A DNA stretch of 64,000 nt from Octopus vulgaris (lineage: Eukaryota): assembly GCA_951406725.2 (NCBI GenBank), contig OX597817.1, positions 85,932,001-85,996,000 on the forward strand, written 5' to 3'. Positions within the stretch are counted from its first letter, which is position 1. Each line of letters starts with the position of its first letter. Both the position numbers and the translations under genes were made by a program. The notes beneath the pieces are model-generated. The model was not told where the DNA came from. It saw nothing but the letters and a program-made list of their open reading frames with translations, and did not search any database. Below are positions 62,023-64,000 of this stretch, piece after piece.

Positions 62023-64000
62023 AACAACAAACAAGATGAGGACAAATATCCGTCAATTGTAAATAATGTAAATTTAATGTGTTACTTGGTAATTACAATG
62101 AAAACTTTAGGCTAGTTTCAATCTGTTGGATGGAATTCCTTAAAACCTGCCATTTTTCAGTACTTGCCAGAGGTAGTAATACTTGAGGTTCTTTATATTG
62201 ATGCATAAAAAATGCAAATGAGTTGGCATGACAACATAATGACTAAGAGAAATTATTTAGAGAATTTATCCATATGAAACAATAGTTAAATGCGTACTAA
62301 TATAGTTAATGTTGTGAGCAAATATTTTTCTCACTATAATTAAAATTATCATTAGGAATAGAAAACATAGGCCTTCTGACTAATGGTAATCAAATCTGAT
62401 CAAGGTGAAAGGGATAACAACTCTGAAACTGATATAAATTTAAATTACAATTTCTCATTCAGTGAGATGAATACAGGTAAAGGCTTCATAATTTCACCTA
62501 ACCTATTTTCCTAACTTCAGCTTAGACTCCATCATTATTATTATCATTGTTGTCATCACTTTACACCTTTCCATGCTGGCATGGGTTAGATGGATCATCA
62601 CAGTCCAAATCATTTCTTATTGAGAGCTACTGCTCCTAAAGACTTATGCTCATACATGTCACTGAGCTTGGTTTGTAAGGCTAGATGCTCTTCGTAACAC
62701 TAACCACTTTACAGAGTGTCCTAGGGGTATTTTCTCATGAAAACAACACAAGTACTCAGTAACCTAAGATGCAAACTGAAGAGGAGAACAGGAGAGTGAG
62801 CAATGATCAGAAGCAGGTAGTTTGGAGGTGGAGAGGAGTTTAAGTGTAGAGAGTACTTAACAGCCTAGGGAATGTACATTTGCACAGATGGACTAGGAGG
62901 AGGATCGTGAAGAGAGTAAGACATCAAAAGGGTCAGAATAGTTGAGAGGGTGGAAGGGAGCAGGGGATATTAGAGGGAAGAGTTGGTAGAGAAATGATTG
63001 CATGAACCATATATCTTTCACTCATCCTTTTCATACATTCAATCCAAAACATTGTTGACAGGATAAGTGCAGCATCTGTTTTCTTCAAATAAAATTTTTT
63101 AAAAGTTTGTCTAGATTTTGAAGGAATAATATTAATACTTTTCTTCTATTAACAGCCCAAAATGTTATGCAAACTCCTTATAATCCGTAGTCTGCATTCT
63201 TTCTTATATACTCACTGTCTTCTGCTTTAAGAGTATGCTCTAACACCTGCCACCAACATTTTTATCTTCTTACTAGCTACTCCTACCCATTTCTATGCAA
63301 TGCTAGACAACTATGTATCTCTTCTATAGCAAGACACCTGTGCCTGTCTCTCTATGATACTTTTAGCCACCTCTACCTCTTCTACAACCCCTACTCAGTT
63401 GAGGACACATCTTCCTTTTCTTTGTCTTACAAGTTACTTGATGACCTCACAAGTGTCAATGTCATGAAAACAGCACCCAGTGCACTCTCTCAAGTGAAGT
63501 GCATCCAACTGTAGAAACCATGCTGTAACAGACATCAGAGCTCAACACTGTCCTCTGGGTCTTTGGATCCTGTCAAATCATTCATCCCATGCCAACATGG
63601 AAGGTGGACATTAAATGATGATAATGCAATAGTGTTACTTCTATTATGGAATTTCTGGAAGAAGGAGATGCAGGAATACATGGGACAAATTAGCGAAGGT
63701 TGATCTTAGGACCTTGAACCTCATAGAGGAGATGTAGATTGGGCTCTCTCTCTCTCTCTCTCTCTCAGCTTTGGTGAATGCCAGTGTTTGTTTAGGTGTC
63801 TTCTCCATACTCTTCTTTTTCTACATTAATGACCGTCTTACTGTTATTTCTAGCTATACATGCACTTACATGCAGATGATACCACTTTTCATTTTATCTT
63901 AAATTTCTTCATGAAGAAAGACTTCAAAACTGTTCTTCAATAGTGATATGACAAACAAGGCTTCAACAATAACAACAATAAGATACAGTTACCACATGCA

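Larger units (their letters stand above)
61654..62068. mobile_element. tRNA-headed non-autonomous Penelope-like retroelement with inverted hammerhead-containing repeats
   Basis: 12-bp TSD TAAATTTAATGT (61642-61653 and 62069-62080); inverted ~135-bp arms 61686-61821 and 61935-62070; A box on minus (61830-61840), B box GTTCAATTCC on plus (61873-61882), (AAT)n linker. Confidence 0.8.

Overview
AT-rich, repeat-dense animal genomic DNA. The SINE/MITE landscape and (CAT)n/(TA)n/(CA)n tails suggest an octopus (inference from recalled repeat families). Two intron-containing genes lie on the minus strand. (1) An intact G3BP/Rasputin stress-granule gene: 11 coding exons from 53001 to 37420, 1461 nt, 486 aa, with NTF2-like, acidic, RRM and RGG regions, all phases consistent, a ~2.5 kb 3'UTR and a CpG-enriched promoter region near 58-61 kb. 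(2) A disabled gene from 24042 to ~940 whose fragments align colinearly, by eye, with the meiotic telomere protein TERB1 (ARM repeats, then Myb-like remnants). Its 5' and 3' parts carry stops and frameshifts, but five central exons keep an open frame and canonical splice sites. The rest is transposon debris: two mariner relics, a DD37D/maT relic, a piggyBac relic with its own MITE family, hAT MITEs (one MER1-like), Tigger and LINE fragments, and SINEs. The most unusual element (61654-62068) combines a tRNA-derived Pol III head with two inverted Penelope-type repeats, each carrying a minimal hammerhead ribozyme, between 12-bp target-site duplications. All homology calls are by eye and from memory; no searches were run.
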